IMG/VR virus record: IMGVR_UViG_3300024269_000036
Span: 1 to 64,000 of that record
DNA from: an uncultured virus (IMG/VR IMGVR_UViG_3300024269_000036)
Lineage: Duplodnaviria; Heunggongvirae; Uroviricota; Caudoviricetes
Length of the DNA: 64,000 bases
Direction: 5' to 3' (one strand)
The translations under genes and the position numbers were made by a program. Below the pieces are notes generated by a model. The model was not told where the DNA came from, made no database searches, and worked only from the letters and a program-made list of their open reading frames with translations. How positions within the stretch are numbered: the first letter of the stretch is position 1; the number at the start of each line of letters is the position of its first letter. Below are positions 63,933 through 64,000 of the stretch, piece by piece.

Positions 63933-64000
63933 AGTTATGGTATATCAAATATATTATGGGAATAGGGATGTGATGTTTGATATTGAGTTTTATCAAAAAA

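Noticed and set aside
1..64000. Stop-codon reassignment (TAG to Gln) as in some large gut phages
   Set aside because: Long genes are intact in the standard code, and TAG ends genes at sensible positions (for example ruvC and clpP).
1..64000. tRNA or rRNA genes
   Set aside because: No cloverleaf or rRNA-like segment was recognised by eye; intergenic gaps are short and AT-rich. A tRNAscan run would be needed to exclude them formally.

Overview
This window is a gene-dense, AT-rich segment of a large (probably jumbo) dsDNA phage, read in the standard genetic code. The host is very likely Bacteroidota, judged by many exact TTTG-N19/20-TAnnTTTG promoters. Positions 1-16.3 kb and 27.4-34 kb carry paralogous fibre or virion-appendage proteins, including a 2969-aa LamG/CotH-like/LRR protein. 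The minus-strand block at 16.3-26.4 kb holds a lysis module (GH108 endolysin, candidate unimolecular spanin, candidate holin), putative virion proteins, a sigma-70 factor and SbcC/Rad50. Replication and accessory genes include RuvC, primase, SbcD/Mre11, ClpP, flotillin, methyltransferases and a PD-(D/E)XK nuclease. A tnpB-only IS200/IS605-family element interrupts a small membrane-protein gene. The standout observation is a family B DNA polymerase split into two separately transcribed genes exactly inside catalytic motif C (VGD|TDG). Each half carries one part of a naturally split Ser1/Thr+1 intein, and a 4.6-kb opposite-strand tail-fibre/beta-helix cassette lies between the halves. Three promoter classes are visible: Bacteroidota sigmaA-type, sigma54-type -24/-12, and a phage-specific TATTTAT(A) motif before structural and lysis genes. 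All functional calls come from motif recognition by eye; no database searches were run.
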